Positions 53,701 to 63,496 of a DNA stretch of 64,000 bases are shown one piece after another. Numbering within the stretch: position 1 is the first letter of the stretch; each line of letters starts with the position of its first letter. The translations under genes and the position numbers were made by a program. Source of the stretch: Chiloscyllium plagiosum. Taxonomy: Eukaryota. Where the stretch lies: NCBI RefSeq assembly GCF_004010195.1, contig NC_057720.1, positions 30,376,927-30,440,926 of the forward strand, given 5' to 3'. The notes below the pieces were generated by a model. It was not told the DNA's origin and ran no database searches. It saw only the letters and a list, made by a program, of their open reading frames with translations.

Positions 53701-56700
53701 TTCCCTGGTGTGTCGGAGGCTGAGGGGTGACCTTATAGAGGTTTACAAAATTGAGGGGTATAGCTAGGGTAAATAGGCAAAGTCTTTTCCCTGGGGTCAG
53801 GGAGTCCAGAACTAGAGGGCATAGTTTTCGGTGAGAGGGGAAAAATATAAGAGACCGAAGGGACAACTTTTTCAGGCAGAGGGTGGTACGTGTATGGAAT
53901 GAGCTGCCAGAGGATGTGGTGGAGGCTGGTACAATTGCAACATTCAAGAGGCATTTGGATGGGTATATAAATAGGAAGGGTTTGGAGGGATATGGGTCAG
54001 GTGCTGGCAGGTGGGACTAGATTGGGTTGGGATATCTGGTCGGCATGGACGGGTTGGACTGAAGGGTCTGTTTCCATGCTGTATATCTCTATGACTCTAG
54101 TTAGCACCTTCCATACCAGGCAACATCCTCATAAACCTTCTCTGCACCCTCTCCAAAGCATCCACATCTTTTTAGTAATGTTGCGATCAGAACTGTACAC
54201 AGTATTCCAAATGCGGCCGAAACAAAATCCTGTACAATCTTAACATGACTTGCCAGCTGTTATAGTCAACAGCCCGTCCAATGAAGGCAAGCATGCTATA
54301 TGCCTTCTTGACCACTCTATCCACCTGTACAGCAACCTTCAGTGCCCCTGCGCTCCCAGATCTCTCTGCCCACCAACTGTTCCCAAGGCTCTTCCATTCT
54401 TTGTATAATTCGCTCTAGAGTACAGTAATACATAATATACAAGTTAGCTGAGGGAATCCATTGTCTTCCCCCACCCCCACTCAGCTAGCCCACAGTAAGG
54501 AATTTCACTTGCTAATTTCCAGACTTGGGTATGACACTGATCAGAAGGTCAGTAACACCATGACACCAAGGTGAGTATCCAATATGCAGCTAGTTGCCAT
54601 GACATTATTCAGAACCATGAGACCTTCCCTTTTAGAACCAGGAAACAGAATGAGATTCGCAAATGTGATAAAGTGGAGGTTGACCCCACCCCCACCCTGA
54701 GAACTAACATTGAAACACCAAAGGGGAGCATCCATTATCTGTAAAAGAAGTGTGAAAATGGTGTAAACTGCTTTCCAACCTCTAATGATTAAGTAAAATA
54801 AATCCCTGACACTCACTTTAAAATAAAACAGTAACAATTTATCTAACTCTAAATGAACAAATTAACTAAACTATTAACAAACTGAATAAAACCCTTCTAA
54901 CCATTCCTAAATAAAGCAAAATTCTAATGATATTCTGTTCCAATAAATATGAGTCCCACTCAAAAAAATAGAATTTAGTCTCTTGAAATTACAGCTGGGT
55001 TACATGTCTTCTGGAATGTTCTGTGCCTTCTCCATCAATTCTTCTGTCAGGAATATTAACTGGTTGTACCATTGGTACCGTTTTTGTTTAGATTGTGCTT
55101 TCTCTAAGACAAAGAGGAGGCTGTGAGAGCCAACGATTGTCTCTTGAGAGCAGAGGGCTGTTGGCTCTGGCAATGGCAACTTGCTCTGTGGTTTTTGTCC
55201 TACTGCCCCCTTCTTTTTATACCCTTGATGACATATCAATATTTCTTACAATAGGATTGATCCTATGTTGTCAAAACCATCAGATTTAAATTTAATAGAT
55301 TTTTTGGTATCCAAGTACCTGTTCAAATTGATTGGCTAAATTCAAAAGCCTGCTGTCTTGGAAAAAAAACTGCTGTTTGTCCTGCTAACTGTACGACCTT
55401 TTGATACAAATGTTTCAATTTGGGTGCTCTCTGCGTACTTGCAAATTTTGCTGTTGCTCACAGACATCCATTTTAAATCTCTAAGCTCAGAAAAAGCACA
55501 TGATCTTTTAAAGGGACCACACAATGCTTTCCCCTCCTACCATTTTACAAAAACCTAAATCTGCCTCAATCTACAAGTACTGTACCCAACTTTGCAATAC
55601 AAAATGATTTATGGAAGGAAAAACCACACCTTTTTCTTTGGCTTAGAATGAAGGAAAACAGATGGTGAAAAGTATTACTTCAAATAATTCTCTTCATGAA
55701 ATCTAATTATGGTAATCTATTCTTAATACAAAGTGCTTTTGGAAGAAGTTTCACTAAAATGTCTCAACTATCTCATTAGCATGGTAAAAACAATAACTGC
55801 AGATGCTGGAAACCAGATTCTGGTGGGGGAAGGGGAAATGAGGAAGCTGTGCCCAACATTTCAACTCCCCCTCCCATTCTGCCGAGGACATGGAGGTCCT
55901 GGGCCTCCTTCATCGCCGCTCCCTCACCACCAGACGCCTGGAGGAAGAACGCCTCATCTTCTGCCTCGGAACACTTCAACCCCAGGGCATCAATGTGGAC
56001 TTCAACAGTTTCCTCATTTCCCCTTCACCCACCTCACCCTAGTTTCAAACTTCCAGCTCAGCACTGTCCCCTTGACTTGTCCGGACTTGTCCGACCTGCC
56101 TAGCTCCTTTTCCACCTATCCACTCCACCCTCTTCTCCCTGACCTATTACCTTCATCTCCTCCCCCACTCACCCATTGTACTCTATGCTATTCTCTCCCC
56201 ACCCTCCCCTAGCTTATCTCTCCATGCTTCAGGCTCTCTGCCTTTATTCCTCATGAAGGGCTTTTGCCCGAAACATCGATTTCGCTGCTCGTTGGATGCT
56301 GCCTGAATTGCTGTGCTCTTGCAGCACCACTGATCCAGTATCTCATTAGCATGTCAAGCATAAAGTCAACTCCAAAATCCCTTCCTCCTGGAAACCCAGA
56401 TGGAGATGTGCCAAATCTGGTCTCTGTCTCCTTTCAGAGACCTTTATATCCTGAAAAATGAGACAATCATAAGAAATAATGATGAGCAAACATAATTCAC
56501 AATGAAGACATAATTGATGCCTACTTGAAATTAACTCTATACTTAACTGTTGCACAAGCCAAATGTTATTTTCAGAAATTGTCCTACATTGGGAATTTTA
56601 TAGTTGATAACGTGGTAAAACCGTCTGTTATACCACCAACTACTTACAACACATGCTGTCCTGTAATTAATTATTTTGACATGAGAATTGTTAAGGAGGA

Positions 56701-57810
56701 AACATTTACAGAGCCAAGGGTGCTCAAGGGAAATCATTTTTGTGACCATTAATTTTCATTGGTAAACCACAGCCTTGTAAGCGAACAGATGATGCTGTCA
56801 AAATCATTATTATGCAGCCTGTATGTAAGGAGAGGAAACTTCACTTTACTTCAGGCAGTATTCATTTGTCATATGTATCTTAGTTTACCACAGGCAGACC
56901 ACCATTAGTCTCCAGGATGTATTACAATCCACTGCACAGCACTGACCTTCACCAGACCCTAAGTTGGTTAATTCATATGCATACATGCTCTACAGGACTT
57001 GGATGTTCTTGTCCCTAGAATATTATATTTCTCCAGTTGAAAGGAGCATGTGACTTCATTATGGGTTACAAACAGAATTTTACCTTCCATGCTGAGGGGA
57101 GACTCAAAAGTGTCAGTTTTTGAGTGCGATTAGTGTATCATGCATGGGTTTAGACATTTAGACAGAGATTAGCTATTCCATGCCAGGGTGTAGTTTACAT
57201 GCAGCCTCCTAGGGAAGGATTTCATATGAAATGATAGGCAACCCAGGGTGAAGCATTCCTTAGACAGGGCGGGGCATTGTAGTAGAGAGGGCACCCAGGG
57301 GTGGAGCACCCTTTAGGTGGGGGCACTTGTATTAGAGAGGGCACCCAGGGGTGGGTGGAGCACCCTTTGGCCACACGGGACTAGGGTGCACAAGGTGTGG
57401 GGGTGGGGTATACTGGGTGGTGGTGTTGAAGGTGGGTGTGCAACACCCTGAACAGGGGTCTAGTGGGTGGCAGACAGGGATGCACTGGAGGCGGTCATCC
57501 CTGGATTGTTTACACACTTGGCACTGGATAGGGTTTGGACAGTACAATGACACTCTGCTCCATACAGACTGACCCTCACCTGCCTCTGGATGTCCCTGAC
57601 CCGCTGGTCGTGTTGTTTTGGTGCACTGCACAGTTTGAAGACCAGCCAAGCACGGAGGTAATAGTAAACATCGAAAACCACGGAGAGGGGCAGCAAGAAA
57701 AGGCAGACGAAGACCCAGCGGTGATGGATGATGATGTATTCCACGCCTTTGGTGCGGACCCAGATCAGGAGCAGGGCCACTAGCATAGCCAGGTAAATAA
57801 CTGACTCCAT
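14601..57810 (-). CDS. DHCR24: Delta(24)-sterol reductase (24-dehydrocholesterol reductase), complete 9-exon CDS: 57810-57580, 44902-44747, 40223-40118, 38113-37995, 35730-35467, 27571-27428, 22707-22510, 18775-18597, 14754-14601
   Basis: Exon lengths 231+156+106+119+264+144+198+179+154 = 1551 nt = 516 aa + TGA. Frame is maintained across all GT-AG junctions. Peptides match recalled vertebrate DHCR24 throughout. Confidence 0.98.
15168..15386 (-). mobile_element. V-SINE lacking its central core
   Basis: Tail and head joined at about 15330. Confidence 0.8.
16087..16251. mobile_element. Degenerate palindromic Penelope-derived element (family A)
   Basis: gaagggcttttgccagaaacg core and catctgcagtcctcactt end. 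Confidence 0.7.
16650..16674. repeat. (CT)n microsatellite
   Basis: Direct read. Confidence 0.9.
16750..17790 (-). mobile_element. Decayed CR1 LINE 3' part
   Basis: Minus-strand remnant [20 protein letters not shown]1-type 3' end. Confidence 0.65.
17311..17512 (+). mobile_element. Solo LTR-like element, uninterrupted, inside a decayed CR1
   Basis: TG...CA ends, CCAAT boxes, TATA-like gataaaaa, AATAAA near 17463. Confidence 0.6.
18597..18775 (-). CDS. DHCR24: DHCR24 coding exon 8
   Basis: ctgcag acceptor, [59 protein letters not shown](S), donor GTGAGT. Confidence 0.97.
19122..19350. mobile_element. MITE, Tc1/mariner type
   Basis: Imperfect TIRs cagatctttctgctata / tatagcagaatgagctg with TA on both sides. 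Confidence 0.65.
19508..19818 (-). mobile_element. HE1-type V-SINE
   Basis: Reverse complement of the 41457 copy. Confidence 0.9.
20479..20715 (+). repeat. Tandem duplication of about 119 bp
   Basis: ccaactgtcaattatgagc...ggactggggtgtac at 20479-20597 and 20598-20715. Confidence 0.95.
20681..20895. mobile_element. Palindromic hammerhead-bearing element (family B)
   Basis: About 85-bp inverted arms over 20720-20895; cctt(g/a)acattc at 20670 and 20896. Confidence 0.8.
20910..22350. mobile_element. Decayed nested LINE fragments (CR1/L2 group), both orientations
   Basis: Minus-strand RT remnant [16 protein letters not shown]...[13 protein letters not shown]. Confidence 0.55.
22510..22707 (-). 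CDS. DHCR24: DHCR24 coding exon 7
   Basis: aag acceptor, [66 protein letters not shown], donor GTATGG. Confidence 0.97.
22892..23097. mobile_element. Palindromic Penelope-derived element (family A)
   Basis: Inverted arms; TSD cttatcaaatatta at 22878 and 23098. Confidence 0.85.
24243..26659 (+). mobile_element. CR1 LINE ORF2, 5'-truncated, few stops
   Basis: [42 protein letters not shown]; (ttctatg) tail. Confidence 0.95.
26984..27272 (-). mobile_element. Older V-SINE
   Basis: gactgtgggaggaaaccagagcacccagagg core. Confidence 0.8.
27428..27571 (-). CDS. DHCR24: DHCR24 coding exon 6
   Basis: ttttag acceptor, [48 protein letters not shown], donor GTAATG. Confidence 0.97.
27720..28720 (-). mobile_element. 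Highly decayed L2-like LINE
   Basis: Minus-strand remnant [12 protein letters not shown], similar to L2 ORF2 end. Confidence 0.45.
28885..29297. mobile_element. MITE, pogo/Tc2-like
   Basis: TIRs ccatatatacttgagtaatagtcaa / ttgactattacttgggtatgtacgg with TA on both sides. Confidence 0.7.
30031..30241. mobile_element. Palindromic hammerhead-bearing element (family B) in the 5' LTR
   Basis: TSD tgtataaagggg at 30019 and 30242; absent from the 3' LTR. Confidence 0.85.
31230..31526 (+). mobile_element. HE1-type V-SINE inside the provirus
   Basis: Head, core and (taatc) tail. Confidence 0.88.
32002..33394 (+). mobile_element. CR1 LINE RT/3' part inside the provirus, spanning the assembly gap
   Basis: [30 protein letters not shown]; (ttctatg) tail. 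Confidence 0.9.
32600..32877. other. Assembly gap (N run)
   Basis: 278 N. Confidence 1.
35467..35730 (-). CDS. DHCR24: DHCR24 coding exon 5
   Basis: polypyrimidine + cag acceptor, [34 protein letters not shown]...[13 protein letters not shown], donor GTAAAT. Confidence 0.97.
37995..38113 (-). CDS. DHCR24: DHCR24 coding exon 4
   Basis: ttttcag acceptor, (G)[39 protein letters not shown], donor GTATGA. Confidence 0.97.
40118..40223 (-). CDS. DHCR24: DHCR24 coding exon 3
   Basis: tttgcag acceptor, [35 protein letters not shown](G), donor GTGTGT; FAD-binding region. Confidence 0.96.
41457..41801 (+). mobile_element. HE1-type V-SINE
   Basis: Full head and core; long (taatc)n tail at 41757-41801. 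Confidence 0.92.
42010..43135 (+). mobile_element. Older CR1 LINE 3' part
   Basis: [19 protein letters not shown]; decayed RT motifs. Confidence 0.75.
44086..44383 (-). mobile_element. HE1-type V-SINE
   Basis: Reverse-oriented full copy. Confidence 0.9.
44747..44902 (-). CDS. DHCR24: DHCR24 coding exon 2
   Basis: tag acceptor, [52 protein letters not shown], donor GTAGCT. Confidence 0.97.
46130..46226. mobile_element. Short palindromic Penelope-derived element (family A)
   Basis: TSD atccactgaaatgag at 46115 and 46227. Confidence 0.8.
46325..47030 (+). mobile_element. Decayed CR1 3' part interrupted by a family C element
   Basis: gttcagaaaaggttca...tggaactccttgccaca motifs. Confidence 0.65.
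47650..47930 (-). mobile_element. Penelope-like element 3' fragment of a different lineage
   Basis: Minus strand reads GQAKQRH...[29 protein letters not shown], resembling a PLE endonuclease C-terminus. Confidence 0.6.
48653..48734 (-). mobile_element. Short Penelope-derived element (family A), single arm
   Basis: TSD aacctacatttgag at 48639 and 48735. Confidence 0.8.
49665..50010 (-). mobile_element. Older Penelope-like 3' end (family C); related pieces near 10010-10110, 18380-18490, 46520-46655, 49060-49170 and 58685-58820
   Basis: ctgaagaagggtcactggactcaaaa motif followed by ccacagat.ctgcca.acctgctgag shared among copies. Confidence 0.6.
51319..51422 (-). mobile_element. Short 3' fragment of a related Tx1-like element
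   Basis: Similar to 51570-51650 (tgtgtgt...cacagtg...aatctttatt...ccatc/accaggaag); A-rich tail. Confidence 0.55.
51437..51915 (-). mobile_element. 5'-truncated L1/Tx1-like non-LTR retrotransposon 3' end
   Basis: ORF end [30 protein letters not shown]...SLI* resembles a Tx1-type ORF2 C-terminus; 3'UTR with AATAAA and A-rich tail; bounded by target repeats. Confidence 0.6.
51930..52395 (-). pseudogene. 5'-truncated processed pseudogene of ferritin (heavy/middle-type subunit)
   Basis: Intronless [29 protein letters not shown]...[15 protein letters not shown]...[30 protein letters not shown]...GEYLFD; 3'UTR, AATAAA at 51952-51957, A-tail at 51930-51938, flanking near-identical 14-mers at 51916 and 52396. 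Confidence 0.93.
52606..52794. mobile_element. Palindromic Penelope-derived element (family A)
   Basis: TSD tgggttgcagac at 52594 and 52795; ctgatgaagagc...cccgaaac core. Confidence 0.8.
52820..54420 (-). mobile_element. CR1 3' part (minus) split by a plus-strand CR1
   Basis: caaagaacaaagaa tail at 52820; sequence resumes after 54097. Confidence 0.75.
53257..54097 (+). mobile_element. CR1 3' part with internal deletion
   Basis: [11 protein letters not shown] joined to [23 protein letters not shown]...[10 protein letters not shown]. Confidence 0.9.
54751..55523 (-). mobile_element. Probable solo LTR
   Basis: TG...CA termini; TATAAAAAG on minus strand near 55213-55221; no TSD found. Confidence 0.35.
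55784..56338 (+). mobile_element. Penelope-like retroelement 3' fragment with short inverted 5' piece (family A)
   Basis: Frame 55851-56042 reads [51 protein letters not shown], like a GIY-YIG endonuclease C-terminus; TSD tatctcattagcatg at 55769 and 56339. Confidence 0.85.
57235..57370. repeat. G-rich degenerate tandem repeat in intron 1
   Basis: agagagggcacccaggggtg(...)gagcaccctttt-type unit repeated about 2.5 times. Confidence 0.6.
57580..57810 (-). CDS. DHCR24: DHCR24 coding exon 1
   Basis: [77 protein letters not shown], then donor GTGAGG. Confidence 0.97.
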
Positions 57811-58240
57811 CGTCCAGCAGCCCGTGCCAGTTGTTCCTGACAGCGCGAGCTCCCGAGCCAGCCGCCTCCTCGCGCGCGGCAACACCGCCCCCTACCGCGT
57901 GAACCCCGCCCCCTACCGCCCTCACACCGCCCCGTTCCCGCTAACACCGCCCTTCTGTCCCCAATCCCGCTCACTATTGGTTCAACTCGTTCCGCGCCCA
58001 CCGACGCTGAGGCTCCGCCCCCATACCCGGAACACCATCCCCAACCAATCCGCGCTACCGTTCCCTGGGTGGTACACGTGATCCCCGCGTGTGCGTCCTG
58101 GCGACCCTGACATCCAATCGGACGCTGGCCTGTGTCCACCGGCCCGGACTTTGTCCAATGGAAGGTAGCGACGGATCAGACCACCGGGCACGCGGGCATT
58201 CCATTGGCGCACATGTTACCTCCCCCCCCCCCACCGTTTA
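57811..58240 (-). promoter_or_regulatory. DHCR24 5'UTR and GC/CpG-rich promoter with NF-Y (CCAAT), GC-box and SREBP-like sites
   Basis: CpG-rich island. CCAAT/ATTGG at 57961, 57976, 58045, 58114, 58155, 58203. CCCCGCCCC/CCGCCC boxes at 57904-58021. ATCACGTG on minus strand at 58075-58082. Confidence 0.8.
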
Positions 58241-58528
58241 AGTGTGAATTTGGCAGTGAATGTATGAGAAATGCTGTGCAAACAGTTTCATCATCGTTTA
58301 ATGAGAGAGTTATGAAATTGTACAGATTGTGATAATATAACTAAAGACTGCAAACTGGGACATGAATTGATAAAAAAAACTTGCATATTTCGAACAGGTT
58401 TTTGTTGTCATTTCTATTAAGTGTATAACACCATAAATCAGGATCAATGTAGACAATCAAAATACATTTGAACTGACTACATTGGTTATTGCATACAAGT
58501 GATTAAGATCAGCACAAGACAAATACGT

Positions 58529-58645
58529 AGGAGAAAGTGAGGACTGCAGATCATGGAGATCAGAGTCTAGAGTGTGGTGCTGGAAACGCACAGCCGGATG
58601 CTGCCTGACCGGCTGTGCTTTTTCCAGCACCACACTCTCGACATT
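58529..58645. mobile_element. Short palindromic Penelope-derived element (family A) just upstream of the promoter
   Basis: TSD agacaaatacgt at 58517 and 58646. Confidence 0.8.
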
Positions 58646-59239
58646 AGACAAATACGTGCTGTTTGTGCATATCCAGCATTGAATGAAAACAAACGGAAAG
58701 AACTGTGAATGTTGTAAATCAGAGAAAACAGAAATTGCTGGAAAAGCTCAATAGGTCTGGCACCATCTGTGGACAGCAATCAGTCAACGTTTCGGATCGA
58801 GTGAACCTTCCTCAGGACTCAAATGAACTCAGTTGAATGAAGAAATCTCGTAGCTCACATTCGCAAACTGCACAGCTAACACTTGTGTCGAAATTATAAT
58901 GTTAAGTATATATACTGAATAATCTTCACAAATATGCTGCTATTTATATACTCTAATCTTAGCAATAGTACTGTTTCTTATAAACATTGTCTCAGTGTTT
59001 CACACAGGTTTTAATTTTCTCATGGTTTGTGATTATCAGCGAGTTTTTTTTTCACTAGTGACAATGAAATGACTTGCTTCCACAATCACCAATCTGTGGC
59101 CATTCACAAAACCTGTCTGTCTCGAGTACCATACTAGAACGAACATTGGGGGTTTTGAAGAGACATAAAGATGCAGTCATCTTTCAGTTTCCATTGGTTG
59201 CTACTCAGAGCTGCACAATAGTGTAGAATGCACTCCTCA

Positions 59240-59790
59240 GCAGTGATCCTAGCACACTCATAAACCCTTTTAAAGATCGTCTTAAAGGAGGAATGAAAGG
59301 TGAAGAGATTTGGGGATGTAATTCCAGAGTTTAGGGCCAAGGCAGTTGAAAGCATAACCTGACATGTGGAACAATTAAGATTGGAAGGGTCAAGAGAATA
59401 GAGATGTGCGAGGCTGTGTAGCTGAAGGAGATAATAGAGACAGGGAACCGTTAGTCCATGTAGAAATTTGAAACTAAGGATAATAATGTTAAGATCAAAG
59501 TATTCTATAACAAGGAAGTCAGTGAGCATATGGGTGATGGTTAAATGGAACTAATGCAAGGAAGGAGACCTTAGGTTTATGGAGGACAGAATGAGAAAGA
59601 TCAGCAGGTGTTGGAATAGTCAAATCTAGAGATAATGAAGACAAGGCTGAGAGTTTCAGCAGCAATGGATCTGAGTTGGGTGATATTATAGAGATGGAAG
59701 TAAGCAAGCTTAGGGAAACCAGCAAGGCACACCCAGCTGGAAGTCAACTGAGAAGTATACCCAGGGGCATAGGTGGAAGGGGTGAACAGC
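59240..59790 (-). mobile_element. Decayed L2-like LINE
   Basis: AETLSLVFIISRFDYSN; FKFLHGLTVPCL. Confidence 0.6.
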
Positions 59791-60084
59791 AGATGAAGAC
59801 ATGGACAGCAGACCACAACAAACTGGAGGTCATAGTCATTTAGTTCTACAACATGGAAACAGACACTGCAGTTCAACTCGTCCATGCCCAACTAGATATC
59901 CTAATTCAATCTAGTTCAATTTCTGGGGCTATAACCTTCAGTTTTGTCCACTGCAATTTTGCTGTCATCTGTAAATTTGCTAACCAAACAGGATACAGTG
60001 GAAATCCAGAGAATGCTGGAACTATACTGGATTTAAAGCAGAGATTGGGAAAGGGAGGCAAATTGGGATACAGTCATAAATTGA

Positions 60085-61650
60085 AAGATTATTTCCATAA
60101 TTCTTCAATATTTACCATGGAGAAAGAAATGGCAGCTAGAGAACTCAGAGAAGTAAACAGAGGTATCTTGAAAATAATTCACAATACAGAAGAGGAATTG
60201 CTGGACGTCTTAATACACATTATTTGGAGATGCCGGTGTTGGACAAAGTTAAAAATCACAGAACACCAGGTTATAGTCCAACAGGTTTAATTGGAAGCAC
60301 ACTAGCTTTCGGAGCGACACTCCTTCCACTATTACCTGATGAAGGAGCGTCGCTCCGAAAGCTAGTGTGCTTCCAATTAAAGCTGTTGGACTATAACCTG
60401 GTGTTGTATGAGTTTTAACTTAATACACATTAAGATAGATAAATCCCCAGGACCTGGTCATGTGTATCCCAGGGCATTGTGGGAAGCTAAGGAAGAAATT
60501 GCAAAGATATTTGTGCAATCAATAGCCAAGGGTGAGGTGCTGGAGTACTGGAGATTGACTAATGTTGTACCATTATTTAAGAAAGGCTGTAAGGAAAAGC
60601 CAGGAACTACAGATCGGGGAACAGAACTTCAGTGGTGGGTACGTTGTTGGAGGGGAGTTTGAGAGACAAGATCTGCATGCATTTGGAAAGGCAAGAACTG
60701 ATTAGGGATGGTCAGCATGGCGTTGTGCATGGGAAATCATGTCTCACAAATTTGATTGAGTTTTTTCAAAAGGTGACCAAGAAGGTAGGTGAAGGCAGAG
60801 TGGTAGACATTGTTGACCTTCATCAAGCTACAACGTGGTAGCCTGATCACATGGGATCCAAGGAGAGCTAGCCAATTGGATAGAAAATTGACTTGACAGT
60901 AGGAGACAGAGGGTGATGGTAGGGGTCGTTTTTTGGACCCTGTTGATCAACTGGGCCAGTGGGCTGAGGAATGACAGATGGACTTCAATTCAGATAAATA
61001 TGAGGTGTTGCATTTTGATAAGACAAGCCAGGGCAAGTCTTGTACACTTAATGGGAGGACCCTGGGTTGCAGGTTCCTCGAAAGTGGTGTCACAGGTAGA
61101 GGGTGGTGATGAATGCATTGAGTACAGGACCTGGGACTTCACATTACAGCTGTAGAAGACACTGACAAGACAGATTTTGAATACTGCATACAATTCTGAT
61201 CATCGAGTACAGAAAAGATTTGCAAGGATGTTACTGAGACTGCAAGGTATGACTTATAAGGAGAGGCTGGATAAACTGGAACTTCATTCCCTGAAGTGTA
61301 GGAGGCTGCGGGATAACCTTAAAGTGGTTTATAAAATCATGAGGGGAATGGATAGGTGAATAGCCAAGGTCATATTCCCAGGGTAGGCAAGTCTAAATAT
61401 AGAGGGCATAGGTTTTTAAGTTGCGAGGGGAAAGATTTAAAAGGGACCTGAGGGGCAACATTTTCACATCGTGGGTGGTATGTAAATGGAATGAGCTGTG
61501 GTAGAGGTGGGTACAACTACAACATTTAAAAGACATTTGGACAGCTACATGGATAGGAAAGATGTGGAAGGATAAGAGCCCAATGGGACTAGAAAACCTG
61601 GCCAGCATGGACAAGTTGGGCCGAAGAGTCTGTTTCCATGCCGTATGACT
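60085..61650 (+). mobile_element. Decayed CR1 ORF2 with deletions
   Basis: DKSPGPGHVYPRALWE, GKSCLTNLIEFF, VQKRFARML. Confidence 0.85.
60223..60418. mobile_element. Palindromic hammerhead-bearing element (family B) in a CR1
   Basis: TSD cttaatacacatta at 60209 and 60419; CTGATGA-aggagc-gtc-gctcc-GAAA-gcta at 60336-60364. Confidence 0.85.
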
Positions 61651-61682
61651 TTAGTTGCTGACCCTGATGGGAATTGCACTAA

Positions 61683-61986
61683 TTAGATTAGATTACCTAC
61701 AGTGTGGAAACAGGCCCTTCAGCCCAACAAGTCCACACTGATGCTCCAAAAAGCAACCCACCCAGACCCATCTCCCTCTGACTAATGCGCATAATACCAG
61801 GGACAATTTAGCATGGCCAATCCACCTGACCTGCACATCCTTGGATTGTGGAAGGAAACCGGAGCACCCAGAGGAAACCCACATGGAGAATGTGCAAACT
61901 CCATGCAGTCACCCGAGGCTGGAATCAAACCTAGGTCCCTGGTGCCATGAGGCTGCAGTGCTAATCACTGAGCCACCATGCCACCC
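61683..61986 (-). mobile_element. V-SINE
   Basis: Reverse-oriented copy with (gatta) tail. Confidence 0.85.
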
Positions 61987-63207
61987 TATATTAGATGGAG
62001 CATTAGAAAATGAGGGAAGAACCGCTACCTATTTTACAAATAACCCAGAAAGAGATGCTATAAATCAGATTATAACATTATAAGTAATATCTACAAGTGT
62101 TTTAATTTTGATATGTAGGGCTCCAGTTTTGTGGAATGCTCATAATTACCTACAGTACACATTTCACCTTTAGGTGGCCCTGTGATACATACTTTTATTG
62201 TTGATGTAGTCATGTTGTATGGTAGGTACTGTTTTATGAGGATCCATCCTTGAGATTGCACAATTTGACTGCGGGGATTCCTCAGCTGAGCTTTCTGAAA
62301 ATATCTTGAGGAGCCTTTTGTTATCCTTATCTAAAACATCTAATATCTGAAATGCTTAGAATTTTTAAAAAAATATATGTTTCATAAATATATGATTAAA
62401 CTTAACCATTAAGTTGGTTTTATTTTGTCTCTTTTAATTAAAATTTTGCTCTAAGTTCTTTGTCTGTCCTGAAAGCCTGGCTGTGAAATTCACATAAGTC
62501 TCAGGACTTCGGATTGTGAACTGAAGTTGGAATGTACAATATAAGTATGTGAAGTGCATGTCCCATCCCAGGATGCATTAATAACATTTCACAAGCTAAT
62601 TGTTCACCAGGTGTCCTCATGGGGCATGTATAGGAGAAAGAAAACCAGAAATAACTGGAGAAACACAGTGTCTATGGAGAGGGAAAGAAGAGTCAGCATT
62701 TCAGGTCCTTTAGTCTTTTTCAGAATAGAAAGAGAAAGAGGTCATGGTTAATAATGATAGTAACCATAGCAGCACACAAGCTATGGCCAGGGACACATGT
62801 ATCCCATAATTCATTCATGAGGTGCAGCCTTCACACAGTAGAGTTAAGAGTCAATCGCATTTTTATGAGTCCAGAGTCATGTATTGGTTAGGTCAGGAAA
62901 GGAGAGCAACATTCCCTTCCCTAAAGGGCATTAATAAACCAGATGTGTGTTTACAAACCTGATGACTTTATTTTAGTTGTTTATTGAATTCAGCTTTCAC
63001 CGTCTGCCCGGATGGGATTCAAAGCCACATTCTCAGAATTTTGGGCAGGATGACTAATCCAGTGACATTACCACGACACCAGCAGTTCTCCTCTGTGTTT
63101 TTAGTGTTTACTCACTTTACTGTTTATATGGAGGTCACCAGTATCTTTATACTTCACAATGCTTTCTTAGTGCATGCGCACTGACTTCAGCACTAACTGA
63201 CAGACAG

Positions 63208-63496
63208 GTGAAACTAAGTACTGCAGATGCTGGAGATTAAAGTCGAGAGTGTGGTGCTGGAAAAGGACAGCAGGTGAGGCAACATCCAAGGAGCAGGAAA
63301 ATCGATGTTTCAAGCAAAAGCCCTTCATCAGGAATGAGAATTCCTGCATGCTTAAGAAAGCAGTGTGAACCATAAAGAGGCTGGCTGTCTGTCAGTTAGC
63401 ATCTGAGGAGCAGGAAAATTGATGTTTCGGGCAAAATCAGAGAATTCCTGATGAAAGGCTTTTGCATGGAATGTCGATTTTCTGGCTCCTTGGATG
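63208..63496. mobile_element. Complex Penelope-derived insertion (family A) containing an inverted copy of its flank
   Basis: TSD ctaactga(c/t)agacag at 63193 and 63497; three element segments. Confidence 0.75.

Noticed and set aside
57811..57885. In-frame upstream extension of the exon 1 ORF (MLPRARRR...)
   Set aside because: It starts at GTG in GC-rich 5'UTR. ATG 57810 gives the expected 516-aa protein.
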